Positions 26,373 to 35,643 of a DNA stretch of 64,000 nucleotides are shown one piece after another; position 1 is the first letter of the stretch; every line of letters begins with the position of its first letter. The notes under the pieces were generated by a model. That model made no database searches. It saw only the letters and a program-made list of their open reading frames with translations, and was not told where the DNA came from. Location: positions 46,610 to 110,609 of the forward strand of contig DATAZY010000096.1 of NCBI GenBank assembly GCA_036271795.1, written 5' to 3'. Made by a program: the position numbers and the translations under genes. Origin of the DNA: Galbitalea sp. Lineage in GTDB: Bacteria; Actinomycetota; Actinomycetes; Actinomycetales; Microbacteriaceae.

Positions 26373-27556
26373 CGCCGAATCTCCAAACTCTCGAGGACGT
26401 CCTGATTCAGTCGAATTCCCAAGCCCGGCGCGGTGGGAATGCTCAGTTGGCCGTCGACCGCCTCGATCTCACCCTCGAAGATGCTCCAAAACAATTCGTT
26501 GCCCGTGTCCGGCAACACATTGGGAAAGTACTCGGCCATGGGCACGGCCGTCGACGAGAAGGTGAGGTGCAGATTGTGCATCTCGTTCGAGTGCGGCATG
26601 ACAGGTATGCCATACGTCTCCGCAAGTGCGATGATCTTCTTCGCTTCGGTGAACCCACCAACCCGGTTCACGTCGGGCTGGATGATGGACGCCGCGCTCC
26701 GCCGCAGCACCTCTGCGAACTCGTAACGGTTGTACAAGTGCTCGCCGTGCGAGATGGGAATGGGGGATCGTCGACAGAGTTCTTCGTAGCCGTTCAGGTC
26801 CATCGCGAGTAGCGGCTCTTCGACCCAGGCCAGGTTGTATTTCTCGAGGCGCTTCACCATGTCAAGCGTGTAAGGCAGATCCCAGCCCATGTACGCGTCG
26901 GCCGCAAGTGTGACATCCTCGCCAACCACCTCGCGCACGGCCGCGATGAGCGCTTCGTTGCGCCGCTTACCCTCGGCGCCGTGTTCCGGCCCGAACCCGA
27001 AGCGCTGCTTCATGGCGGTGAACCCCTCACCGATCCAACGACTCGCCTCCTGTTGGAGTTCATCGAGGTCGGTGTACGCGTACAACCTGCTCACATAGGC
27101 GGGAATACTGTCGCGCACCGCCCCTCCCAGGAGAGTGTGAACGGGTACGCTCAGCGCCTTTCCCACGGCATCGTGAAGCGCGATATCGATGCCGGCGATC
27201 GCAGCAAGCGCGGGCCCAACCCGCCCGAAGCGCACCGAAGCGCGATACAGCTTGTCCCAGATGAGTTCACGGTCGTAGGCGCTTTGCCCCAGCACGAGCT
27301 GTCGGAAATGCTGCTCGATGATGTTCGCTGTGACCGCGGTAAATCCGCCGCACGATCCGAGGCCAATGATCCCACCTGCGGTTTCCACCTCCACCACCAC
27401 GAGGGGACTCTGCCCCCACCATTCGTTCGAGGTGTGCCCGTGGTGCGCGTACCGCGTGGTCGCGCTCACGAGATTGGCCTGCAGTGTCTCGGGAGATTCC
27501 GACCACGCCAAAACGTGACAGCGGATGTCGGTGATTCTCAGGTCGTCGCCGCTCAT
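26369..27556 (-). CDS. enolase superfamily dehydratase, L-rhamnonate dehydratase-like
   Basis: Blocks recalled from E. coli RhmD align: VVVEVE..G..G, DIALHD..GK.L..PV..LLGGAVRD, WVEEP, GEH, QPDV. ATG at 27556 overlaps the upstream stop (ATGA). Confidence 0.75.
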   Translation of the reverse strand: MSGDDLRITDIRCHVLAWSESPETLQANLVSATTRYAHHGHTSNEWWGQSPLVVVEVETAGGIIGLGSCGGFTAVTANIIEQHFRQLVLGQSAYDRELIWDKLYRASVRFGRVGPALAAIAGIDIALHDAVGKALSVPVHTLLGGAVRDSIPAYVSRLYAYTDLDELQQEASRWIGEGFTAMKQRFGFGPEHGAEGKRRNEALIAAVREVVGEDVTLAADAYMGWDLPYTLDMVKRLEKYNLAWVEEPLLAMDLNGYEELCRRSPIPISHGEHLYNRYEFAEVLRRSAASIIQPDVNRVGGFTEAKKIIALAETYGIPVMPHSNEMHNLHLTFSSTAVPMAEYFPNVLPDTGNELFWSIFEGEIEAVDGQLSIPTAPGLGIRLNQDVLESLEIRR

Positions 27557-29214
27557 CGCGCCGTCTCCTTCTCGCCTGTAGCGGTGGTTGGTTCGATCAG
27601 CAGGAGCCAATCTTCCATCGAGGGAGCGCAGGTGATCGGTCCCGGCCCGAGCATCACCTGACTCCATCCGTCCGACGTGTAGTCACTGGTCGATACGGGA
27701 TCGCACGTCCGAGGGTCGAGAAAGGTCACGCGATAGTCCGCGTTGGCCGTGCCAACGGGAATCCAAAGGGTCTGCAAGGCGCGGGAGTCGCCAAACATTG
27801 ACAGCGCCGGCAGGTAGCCGACGACGGTACCGTCCGGGAATGCCGCAGCAAACGGGCGGACGGCATCCACGATGTTGCGGGCGGACCGTACCGACGCGCC
27901 CAACGGGAGCAAGTGTGACCAGTCCTTCTGACTGAGCCACCGACGAGCGCTGCCGATGTGCACTGCACCCGGGCGTTTGACGGCATCGCGCCAATTGACG
28001 CGCCCCCACGAGCCGGTCACACCCCGCCAGCTCTCGTCCTCGAACGCCCACAGGCCCTGGGCCCCGTAGGTGAATCCACTCGCGCCCTCGAGCATGTTGC
28101 TCCACCAGAGGAACCGCTGCATGACGTCGTCGGAACCCCCCGCGATGCCCTCGTAGTTCACTTCGACATTAATTACAGGCTTAGCGTGCCGACCGAAGGC
28201 TCCGTCGAAAACTACCTGCGTCCAGTCGAGAGTGCGCCCTGAGAGGTGACCAGTTTGAAGGATGTCGATGTCGAAAATGTCCATACCGTCCCCGGGGAAC
28301 GTCTCGCTGGTGGCATAGTCGCGCGCCCCCGGCGCAGGATGCGCCGTGAGGAGACGCCCGTAAGGATCGAGTTCACGCACCTGCTCCGCGATTGCATGCC
28401 ATCTCTCGCGCAAGTTGTTGCGCTCGGCGCTGCTCGCCTCCCGCATCGGTTGGAAGTAGAACGGGAGAGTAACCTCTCCTGCGATCGACCATACGACCGG
28501 AAGCGCCGACCACCGGGCGATGACCTCGCGCCAGTGCGCCAGCATCTGCTCGTCGGTCATGAAATCGAGGTAGTAGCCCCAGGAGCCGAAGATGATGGGA
28601 ACGAGACCTGCGTCGACGAGGGCACGGATCCTTACATCGGCAGCATCCCACCATGCCGTGTTGAGGCCCGTAAAACCCTCGTGCCACGGCCAGCCTTCCT
28701 CTGAGTCAGCCATTGGGCTGAATGGCTCGACGTCGACGTTCAGCCCGGCAACGATCTGCACGGCCGTGAATCCCTGCTTGACTCGCAGTGCCGCCAGATG
28801 CGCGAATTCGTCGTCGTCTATGCGGTCGCCGAGCCCGTGCCACCAAGTGTCTCCGAGCCAAAGGAATGGAACGCCGTCAGCATAGGTGAGGTGTCGCGAT
28901 CTGACGTCGCGCACGGGAGCTCCATGCTTCTGGAGTGGCGTGGCCTGCGCCGAGTCGGTTACCTCCCCCGCAGTGAATTCTGCGAAGGGTGGTTCGCCCT
29001 GGCCGACTGTGAGCCGATGGACTCCGGGCTCGACGGCTGAAACCCGGACCCGCGTGGTCAGTACGTCCGAGTTATCCGTGCTCTCAAAGCACGGGACAAG
29101 AAGCTCACGGCCGGAAGGCAACAGGTGATGGACATGTCGGGCCGACGCTGGGAGTGCCGCCGGAGCGGCAGGCACAACGAAATCGAGATAGTCGTACCGG
29201 GAAACGCTCTGCAT
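27553..29214 (-). CDS. DUF4038 / GH140-like glycoside hydrolase, cytoplasmic
   Basis: DGVPFLWLGDTWW matches the DUF4038 signature as I recall it. TIM-barrel-like body. No signal peptide. Confidence 0.6.
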   Translation of the reverse strand: MQSVSRYDYLDFVVPAAPAALPASARHVHHLLPSGRELLVPCFESTDNSDVLTTRVRVSAVEPGVHRLTVGQGEPPFAEFTAGEVTDSAQATPLQKHGAPVRDVRSRHLTYADGVPFLWLGDTWWHGLGDRIDDDEFAHLAALRVKQGFTAVQIVAGLNVDVEPFSPMADSEEGWPWHEGFTGLNTAWWDAADVRIRALVDAGLVPIIFGSWGYYLDFMTDEQMLAHWREVIARWSALPVVWSIAGEVTLPFYFQPMREASSAERNNLRERWHAIAEQVRELDPYGRLLTAHPAPGARDYATSETFPGDGMDIFDIDILQTGHLSGRTLDWTQVVFDGAFGRHAKPVINVEVNYEGIAGGSDDVMQRFLWWSNMLEGASGFTYGAQGLWAFEDESWRGVTGSWGRVNWRDAVKRPGAVHIGSARRWLSQKDWSHLLPLGASVRSARNIVDAVRPFAAAFPDGTVVGYLPALSMFGDSRALQTLWIPVGTANADYRVTFLDPRTCDPVSTSDYTSDGWSQVMLGPGPITCAPSMEDWLLLIEPTTATGEKETAR

Positions 29215-30002
29215 CAGCGGGCTTCTTCCGGCGGCGGAGCGGCTCCCGCGGGGTCGATCGCGCCCGTAATCAGGCCGACAAGAGTTTGCAGATCGGAATC
29301 GGCGGGACGCACCTCGGCGACGAGGCGACCCAGACGCATCACCAGAATTCGGTGCGCAAATTGGAACACTGCAGGCAAGTCGTGTGACACCACCACAACG
29401 AGATGACCGCTCTGGGCCAGTCGTTCTACGAGGTCATCCACACGGCGACGCTGAGCGACGCCGAGCGCGGCCGTTGGTTCGTCGAGCAGGATCGCGCCCG
29501 GTCCCGATGTCTGCAGCCGGGTTGCCGCACGTGCGATGGCGACCGCCTGGCGCTGCCCACCGGAGAGCATCTCAACCGTGCGCACCATGTTCGGAAAGTC
29601 CACGCCCAGGTAGTTGCGCAGCGCTTCCCTTCCCTCTCGACGCATTGCGCCGTGGTCGACGAATCCGATTTTGCCGAGGATGCCACGCCTGCGACGCTCA
29701 CGACCAAGGTAGATGTTGCTTGCCACCTCGAGAGTGTTGATGAGCGCCAGGTCCTGGTACACCGTCTCGACTCCCGCGCGTTCAGCGTCGCGAGGCGACC
29801 GGAAGTCGGCCAGCTGCCCGTCGATGAGCAGATCGCCGGCATCGTGCCGGATGGCACCCGACAGTACTTTGAGAAGCGTGGACTTGCCAGCTCCGTTGTC
29901 GCCCACGATCGCGATCACTTCACCGGAGTTAGCGCTGAAGCTCACGTTACTGAGGGCCGTAACCGCTCCGTACGACTTCGAGAGGGCGCGAGCCTCAATC
30001 AT
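29214..30002 (-). CDS. sugar ABC transporter ATP-binding protein (single NBD)
   Basis: Walker A GDNGAGKST, signature LSGGQRQ and Walker B ILLDEPTAAL. ATG at 30002. The track extension is rejected. Confidence 0.85.
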   Translation of the reverse strand: MIEARALSKSYGAVTALSNVSFSANSGEVIAIVGDNGAGKSTLLKVLSGAIRHDAGDLLIDGQLADFRSPRDAERAGVETVYQDLALINTLEVASNIYLGRERRRRGILGKIGFVDHGAMRREGREALRNYLGVDFPNMVRTVEMLSGGQRQAVAIARAATRLQTSGPGAILLDEPTAALGVAQRRRVDDLVERLAQSGHLVVVVSHDLPAVFQFAHRILVMRLGRLVAEVRPADSDLQTLVGLITGAIDPAGAAPPPEEAR

Positions 30003-31089
30003 CTTGTTCCTCTGTGACGATGGGGCCGGCGAGTGAAACTCGTTCGATTGCCCGCGAGATGGCACCGTCTCCCCATACCGCGAGAGCGAGCAGGCCTCCG
30101 GTTGTGACGTACGACCAGAAGGTAGAGACGCCGAGCAGCAGGAGGCCGTTATCGATGGTCGCGACGATGAGTGCGCCAACGAGTACCTTGAGCACGCTGC
30201 CGCGCCCGCCTGTGAGCAACACCCCTGCGAGCGCCACCGCGGTGATCGCATCGAACAGCGTGTTGTCCGCGAAGGTCGGCTCCGCGGTGCCAAGTCGACC
30301 CAGCACCACGATTCCCGCTAAGCCAGCAATCGTGCCGCTCAGCACAAACGGTGCGAAGACGTAAGCGCGTTTGCGAACGCCCGCTCGTTGTGCGGCTTCT
30401 GGGTTGCCCCCGACAGCTAGCAACCGTCCGCCGAAGACCGTTTGACTCATTATCAATCCCAGAATCAGGTACATCGCGATCATGATGTAAACCGGGGTCG
30501 GAATTCCGCCAGGGCGCCCCTGCCCCAGCCAACTCAGTTGGGTAATGCCGAAAATTGGATTGCCGCCGGACACGATCAACGCGACGCCTGTGAGAGTCGT
30601 CAGCGTCGCGAGGGTGGCAATGAGTGGGCTGATTCTCAGGAATTCGACGAGTACCGCATTGAGCGTGCCACACGCAGCCCCAATGAGCAGGCCGACGAGG
30701 ATGCCAACCCACCCGGGCGCGCCGGACTGGATCGTCAGGGCGGCAACGACGCCGGAAAGTGCTGCAACCGCAACGATCGAGAGGTCAAGTGCGCCGACCA
30801 GCACCACGAGTGCCTCGGCGAGTGCGAAGAGCGCCGTAACGCTCGCCGCGGTAAGGATCCCCACCAGATTCGCGACCGAGAAGAAGACGGAAGAACCGAG
30901 CCCGAATACCAGGAGCAGTAGTACGAAGAATCCGAGGATGCCGTACTCGCGACCGAGGCGAAGCCACTGTACGGGCGCTGGCACTGCATCCCGTGTTGCC
31001 GCTGTTCCAGTCGACTTTGTTTTTCCAGCGCCGGAAGGTGTTGTGGGAGGGGAGGTGTTCATTGCATTCCTGATCAGCATGGAGGGCAA
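29995..31089 (-). CDS. sugar ABC transporter permease (ribose/xylose CUT2 type)
   Basis: Multi-pass hydrophobic protein of the branched-chain/ribose permease type, located between the SBP and ATPase genes. Confidence 0.8.
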   Translation of the reverse strand: MPSMLIRNAMNTSPPTTPSGAGKTKSTGTAATRDAVPAPVQWLRLGREYGILGFFVLLLLVFGLGSSVFFSVANLVGILTAASVTALFALAEALVVLVGALDLSIVAVAALSGVVAALTIQSGAPGWVGILVGLLIGAACGTLNAVLVEFLRISPLIATLATLTTLTGVALIVSGGNPIFGITQLSWLGQGRPGGIPTPVYIMIAMYLILGLIMSQTVFGGRLLAVGGNPEAAQRAGVRKRAYVFAPFVLSGTIAGLAGIVVLGRLGTAEPTFADNTLFDAITAVALAGVLLTGGRGSVLKVLVGALIVATIDNGLLLLGVSTFWSYVTTGGLLALAVWGDGAISRAIERVSLAGPIVTEEQDD

Positions 31090-31123
31090 CCGGGCGGCAG
31101 CGGTGCCGCCGCCCGGTTCGGAA

Positions 31124-32110
31124 TCACTTGGTGACGATTTTGGTGTTGTCGACCATAATGTAGCCCGGTGCGAGCGCCGGCTTCTTGTGCTGAATCATGT
31201 CGGTCAGAACGCTGAGTCCGTCCGTCACCAGCTTGTTCGGCTGAAGATCCACGGTCGCGTAGAAGTCCCCACTCTGGACTGCCGCGAGACCCGGCGCGGT
31301 CGCGTCGAGGCCGACGATGCAGAGCTTCGATGGGTCTTTTCCTGCGGCCTTGACTGCGTTCACGACCCCTACCATCGAGTCGTCGTTGGTTCCAGTCACC
31401 GCATTGATGGTGGGGAACTTAAGGAGAAGCGCCGCCATCGCATCCTGACTCGGGAGGGTCTGACCCTGTCCGTTTTGGTTGGCGACTACCTTCGAGTGCG
31501 GCGCGAGCTTCTTGATCGCGCTGACCTCGGCGTTGATCCGGCCGGTCACGATGGTTCCCGGCAGCGTGGGCCCGCCGAGGATCGCAACGATGCCCTTGCC
31601 GCCGAACTTCTTGTTGACGCACGCCGCTAGTGCCGTGCCCGCCTTCTTTCCGTAGTCGACCCAGTCGGTCACGACGACGGCCTCGTCAGCGGCGAACGGC
31701 TTATCAAGCCCACCGTTGATGAGGGTAGGAATCTTGGCTTTTGCGGCCTCGGTGAGGCTGGGCTTCAGCGCGTTGACGTCGACTGGTGCGACGAGAATGG
31801 CACTGACCTGCTTACCCTCAACCCAGCCGTCAATAATATTCGCTTGAGTCAGCGGGTCGTTCTTGGCGTCACCAACAAGCAGCTTGCACCCGTGCTGGGC
31901 CGCCCAGGTCTGCGCGGTTTTTGCCTGGCTGGTGAAGATGTCCTGAGTTTGGTTGAGTGGAACGAATCCGATGGTTCCGCACTTGAATGCGGATGCGGAT
32001 TTGGGCGGTGCAGGTGAGACTGTGGCGCTGCAACCACTGAGTACAACGGTGGAGATTGTGACTGCCGCCAACGCGAGCGCGACGGTCCGGGACTTAATGC
32101 TTCGTTGCAT
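31124..32110 (-). CDS. sugar ABC transporter substrate-binding lipoprotein (CUT2)
   Basis: Lipobox LSGCSA. Periplasmic-binding-protein type I pattern. Confidence 0.85.
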   Translation of the reverse strand: MQRSIKSRTVALALAAVTISTVVLSGCSATVSPAPPKSASAFKCGTIGFVPLNQTQDIFTSQAKTAQTWAAQHGCKLLVGDAKNDPLTQANIIDGWVEGKQVSAILVAPVDVNALKPSLTEAAKAKIPTLINGGLDKPFAADEAVVVTDWVDYGKKAGTALAACVNKKFGGKGIVAILGGPTLPGTIVTGRINAEVSAIKKLAPHSKVVANQNGQGQTLPSQDAMAALLLKFPTINAVTGTNDDSMVGVVNAVKAAGKDPSKLCIVGLDATAPGLAAVQSGDFYATVDLQPNKLVTDGLSVLTDMIQHKKPALAPGYIMVDNTKIVTK

Positions 32111-32135
32111 CGATACTCCTTGGAGAAATGGGATG

Positions 32136-32149
32136 TGTATACGTAAACA
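32136..32149. promoter_or_regulatory. operator-like palindrome TGTATACGTAAACA
   Basis: One mismatch from a perfect palindrome. It lies in the divergent region between the SBP gene (start 32110) and the GntR gene (start 32224). Confidence 0.5.
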
Positions 32150-32223
32150 CTTCGCCGTGAAACTGTCAAGTACAGACCGATGGTTCTCCTCTTCGCATAC
32201 ATGATGTGAGATGGGGATAGGCT

Positions 32224-32958
32224 GTGCCCGTGCAAATCGTCAGACGGTCGCTCGCCGACTCAGTGGCCGAGGGGACGCTTGATCTCATCGTGAGCCGGGG
32301 GCTCCGGCCGGGATCGCCACTGCCTTCTGTGGGCGAACTCGCCTCACTTTTCGGCGTGAGCGTGATCGTCGTGCGGGAGGCCATGGCTACTCTTGCGGGG
32401 CGCGGCCTGGTGGTCCGCCGGCAGGGGCGCGAGACGCTGGTGCGCGAACCTGATCCCGAAGTTGTCTCATCGATGATTCGTCACCAGATCCGCCTCGACC
32501 AGGTCAGCCTCGAAGAGGTGCAGCAGTTCCGTGCAGGACTGGAGGCACAGTCTGCGTCGCTTGCGGCGGGCGCCGAAGTGCGCGATACCACTCGGCTGCG
32601 ATCCGTTCAGGAGCGACTGCACGCCGCCACCGATCTCGCGAGCCTTCGGGATGCCGACCTCGAATTTCATACTGAGCTCGCAAAGATCTCGGGCAACCGC
32701 GCCCTGTATTTCATGATCGAAGCGTTGCACGCGGTCATATCCGACTCGCTCGAAACGCTATACGTTCGCATCATCGAGTCCGGAAGGCCGGCCTCCGAAT
32801 TTGCATGGTCGACCCATGAACCCATCGTTGCCGCCGTAGAGTCGGGCGACATAAGCGCGGCAGTCTCGGCAATGCGCGCCCACTTCGAACATTCCTTACC
32901 CAACGTAGATTTCGGCATTGCCGTTTCGGGCGTTTCCCACAGCAGCAACCACGAGTGA
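32224..32958 (+). CDS. GntR/FadR family transcriptional regulator
   Basis: Winged HTH LPSVGELASLFGVSVIVVREAMATLAGRGLV plus an all-helical FCD-type C-terminal domain. GTG start. Confidence 0.85.
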   Translation: MPVQIVRRSLADSVAEGTLDLIVSRGLRPGSPLPSVGELASLFGVSVIVVREAMATLAGRGLVVRRQGRETLVREPDPEVVSSMIRHQIRLDQVSLEEVQQFRAGLEAQSASLAAGAEVRDTTRLRSVQERLHAATDLASLRDADLEFHTELAKISGNRALYFMIEALHAVISDSLETLYVRIIESGRPASEFAWSTHEPIVAAVESGDISAAVSAMRAHFEHSLPNVDFGIAVSGVSHSSNHE

Positions 32959-33216
32959 CTCTAGACGGAATCGCTTTGGAAACGTTATGAGCTCCCGCTC
33001 CGGCTACGAGGGACTTACTCAGCTGTCGTTGAGTGACGGAAGAAACCGCTTGCGATGCGAACTCGCAAGCGCTGGCCCACCAGTGGACCAATCCTCCAGG
33101 CGCTGTTCGTGTACCTCAGGACATTTGCCTCGGATCTCGTCGACCCGACACGTCTGTATCAAGCACAATCCACGTTCGCCAACAGCTTGAGCAGTAGTTG
33201 AGTTTGCACAAGAACT

Positions 33217-33246
33217 CGAGTGGACCAAATTATTGGGGGCCCGACA
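33217..33246. repeat. 30-mer shared with 15964-15993 (28 of 30 identical)
   Basis: CGAGTGGACCAAATTATTGGGGGCCCGACA versus CGAGTGGACCAAAGTATTGGGGGCCGGACA. Both encode (F/L)EWTK(V/L)LGA, so this is a second fragment of the same transposase family. Confidence 0.6.
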
Positions 33247-33320
33247 TGGGCAAAATTGTGCAGATGTGGGCAATTCACACACTTGCGATTTTCGACTATG
33301 CCTCTGACCAGCACTTTTAC

Positions 33321-33409
33321 TGCGGAGACGGTGGGATTTGAAGCCCCCGTCTCAAGCGGTGTCCAAGAGATCTGAACCCCGTCGGAGGCCAAAGCGAAAC
33401 TGATTCTCC
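33321..33409 (-). pseudogene. tRNA-like relic with long-variable-arm length
   Basis: The reverse complement ends TTCAAATCCCACCGTCTCCGCA (T-loop, T-stem and acceptor-like) and starts GGAGAAT. The T-stem and two acceptor pairs do not form. A perfect 7-bp hairpin GAGACGG/CCGTCTC lies at 33325-33353. Confidence 0.3.
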
Positions 33410-33449
33410 GACACTGGGATTATGAGCCACTGGCTCCAACACGACAAAG

Positions 33450-33468
33450 TGTGTCCAAAGTGTGTCCA
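33450..33468. repeat. tandem TGTGTCCA half-sites with 11-bp spacing
   Basis: TGTGTCCAAAGTGTGTCCA. One mismatch to the copy at 15865-15883. Confidence 0.6.
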
Positions 33469-33540
33469 CTGAATCGGTTGTGATTTCTCGATCGAAAAGC
33501 AGGCGAGAGAAATAGGCCGCTGATCAGCACTTTTTCTTCT

Positions 33541-33577
33541 GTAGCGAGGGCGGGACTCGAACCCGCGACACCACGAA
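33541..33577 (-). pseudogene. tRNA-Met 3-prime fragment (anticodon-stem 3-prime strand to acceptor)
   Basis: GTAGCGAGGGCGGGACTCGAACCCGCGACACCACGA matches 15711-15746 with one mismatch. Homology stops at the anticodon loop. There is no CCA. Confidence 0.65.
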
Positions 33578-33638
33578 TCCTTGCCTTCAAAGATATTGGG
33601 GAAGATTGGAACCGATTGGGTTGAAATCCTGCGATTTT

Positions 33639-33663
33639 TCGATCAAGACAACCGATTAGAGAG
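33639..33663. repeat. 25-mer junction repeat
   Basis: TCGATCAAGACAACCGATTAGAGAG matches TCGATCAGCACAACTGATTAGAGAG at 35644-35668 (22 of 25). Both lie 60-70 nt beyond a tRNA fragment. Confidence 0.55.
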
Positions 33664-33925
33664 CGCCTCGTTTGTCCTCAATGTGCGGGGTAAGTGCGGG
33701 GTGTAATCCCTGCCTTTTCATCGCATCCGGTCCACGTTTTCGTAGTAGGGCTCGACTGTCGCGCCGTTGGACCGCATGCAACGATCCGCACGGAGCATGA
33801 GCCGTCGAGCTTCGACAACGGAAGTCGATGACGTGACTTCCCACCCCTGTAGCGACATGTCACTCCTGTGTGATGGGAACCCGCTTCGGCCAGCATCCCG
33901 TTATCGGATCTAAACGCGTTGCCTG

Positions 33926-35446
33926 TCATCCAAGTGTCTTGATTTTCGGCCAGAGCTGCTTCCAGGGCTGCGTGCGTCCGGTGCACCATCGGACTGGGGC
34001 GCCGGCTTCTGAATTATCGACCCCGGGAGGGCTTTGCAGTCGCGCCTTGAGGGTGCAACTTGTGTACCAAGACTCGAGTTGTGCCGCGCTGAAGTCACCG
34101 ACAACAATGGCGTCGGTTGCCGAGCCCGAAGGTGGTCCGAAGTACCAGAAGTCGTTGTGTCCGGAGTACACCGCCGGGAGGGTCGAAGTGTGTTTCGCGG
34201 CGGCACGGGCAAGGTAGAGGGCGCCTGCTTCGCCGTAGTTCGACGCCAGGATGATCGTGTTCAACCGGTCACCGGCCGGGATCGCAGCGGTCATCGTCTC
34301 CACGGTGCGAACGTATCCGTTCCAACCGATTGTCTCGCCCATATCGGGATTAGGACCAGTACCAATCTGGTACAGGGCGGAACCGATCGGGAATACGGGC
34401 AGTGTGAGGCTCACGGTTATGACAATCGAAATGGCGACGAGGCCGCCGCTGAAGATTCGCCGCCATGGACGTGCCCGCGCCCAGTCCAACACTGGCGCCG
34501 CTCCGACCGCCAGCAAGGCGGGGTAAAACGCCGCTGGGTAGTAAGCCTTGCCGCCGGTGATCAACATAAGAACGAGGAAGATCAGGAAGCCCACAGCTAC
34601 CCACCCGTTCTCGCTACGGCGGGGTGCACGAAGCAGCCGCACGACACCGATCGCCAAAACAATGCAGATCATCGGCCCGATCTCCAGTGCGGTGACCGGG
34701 ATCAGAAGGGCGCGAGGGGTGGACGACCCCGATCCGCCGTTCGCGATGCTGTGTGCGAGCACCAACTCCGGCCAACCGTTTGTTGCTTGCCAAATGATAT
34801 TCGGGGCAGCCAACGCCGCAGCAATCACCGCCGCTACCCAAGGTCTCCTGCTGGCGAGCGACCGGCGTGGGCCGACGATGAGAATACCGGCGAGGCAGGA
34901 GATCATCACCAGGGCGGCCAGAACTTTGATCTCCATCGCGACACCGGTTAGCACGCCGAATCCGATCCACGGCGCCCAGCGCTGGGGGGTGGATCTCAAA
35001 GCCCTGATCAACATCCACAGCGCCGCCGCCGTTGTGAGCATGTCGAAAATCGTGGTGCCGAACAGGTGTCCCGTCGCCAACACGATCCCGAGTAATGCGG
35101 TCGCCGCGGCAGCGCCAACCTGATGAGCTCGCGAGCTCGAAAACTCCCGCCCGATCAGAGCCCCGACTATGACATATCCGCCGGCCGCGAGCGCAGGCAG
35201 GATTCGAAAGAGCCAGAGATTTCCACCCACAAGCGCATACCACCCGGCTGCCAGGTATGGGACGAGCATCGGATTATCAGGTGCGGCAATCGCCGGATGC
35301 TGCCCGGAGACGACGAAATAGTACTCGTCACGGTGAAAGCCGTAACGCGCGGCAACGATCATCAGGCCGACCACCACGAGGCCCGCGACCACAAACACGC
35401 CGACCGGAAGTCGACGGCTCCGAAGCTCATCCGCTCGACCGCTCAC
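33926..35446 (-). CDS. GT-C fold glycosyltransferase (family 39 / ArnT-like)
   Basis: About 12 predicted TM helices. HRDEYYF (Asp-Glu motif) lies in the first loop, and the C-terminal domain looks soluble. GTG start. Confidence 0.75.
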   Translation of the reverse strand: MSGRADELRSRRLPVGVFVVAGLVVVGLMIVAARYGFHRDEYYFVVSGQHPAIAAPDNPMLVPYLAAGWYALVGGNLWLFRILPALAAGGYVIVGALIGREFSSSRAHQVGAAAATALLGIVLATGHLFGTTIFDMLTTAAALWMLIRALRSTPQRWAPWIGFGVLTGVAMEIKVLAALVMISCLAGILIVGPRRSLASRRPWVAAVIAAALAAPNIIWQATNGWPELVLAHSIANGGSGSSTPRALLIPVTALEIGPMICIVLAIGVVRLLRAPRRSENGWVAVGFLIFLVLMLITGGKAYYPAAFYPALLAVGAAPVLDWARARPWRRIFSGGLVAISIVITVSLTLPVFPIGSALYQIGTGPNPDMGETIGWNGYVRTVETMTAAIPAGDRLNTIILASNYGEAGALYLARAAAKHTSTLPAVYSGHNDFWYFGPPSGSATDAIVVGDFSAAQLESWYTSCTLKARLQSPPGVDNSEAGAPVRWCTGRTQPWKQLWPKIKTLG

Positions 35447-35542
35447 GCGGTAAGCCTAACCAGCGAGGCAAAGCGCCACTGCCTGATCGGCGGCAAAATG
35501 TGGGGGCAGCGGGCCCAATAACCGACCCTGGACTGATGCCAT

Positions 35543-35575
35543 CGGTAGCGACGGCGGGGACTCGACTCCCCAACT
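35543..35575 (-). pseudogene. degenerate tRNA 3-prime-end-like fragment
   Basis: GGTAGCGACGGCGGGGACTCGACTCCCC. The first 15 nt are identical to the 15710 copy. The T-arm has a 6-nt loop. No upstream tRNA body. Confidence 0.4.
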
Positions 35576-35643
35576 CCAGCCGCCGGTCGATTGCTCGCAA
35601 TCGTCCGGACTGCGGGATCGGGGCCTCACGCCAGAGGGGCTTC

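Noticed and set aside
33321-33409. Functional tRNA-Leu(CAG) or tRNA-Ser with a long variable arm
   Set aside because: A TTCAGAT loop and a plausible 3-prime end exist. However, the T-stem, anticodon stem and D-arm do not pair.
35543-35640. Intact tRNA or tmRNA at the third fragment
   Set aside because: The T-loop has 6 nt, no matching 5-prime acceptor strand is found, and the adjacent hairpin has a 4-nt loop rather than an anticodon loop.
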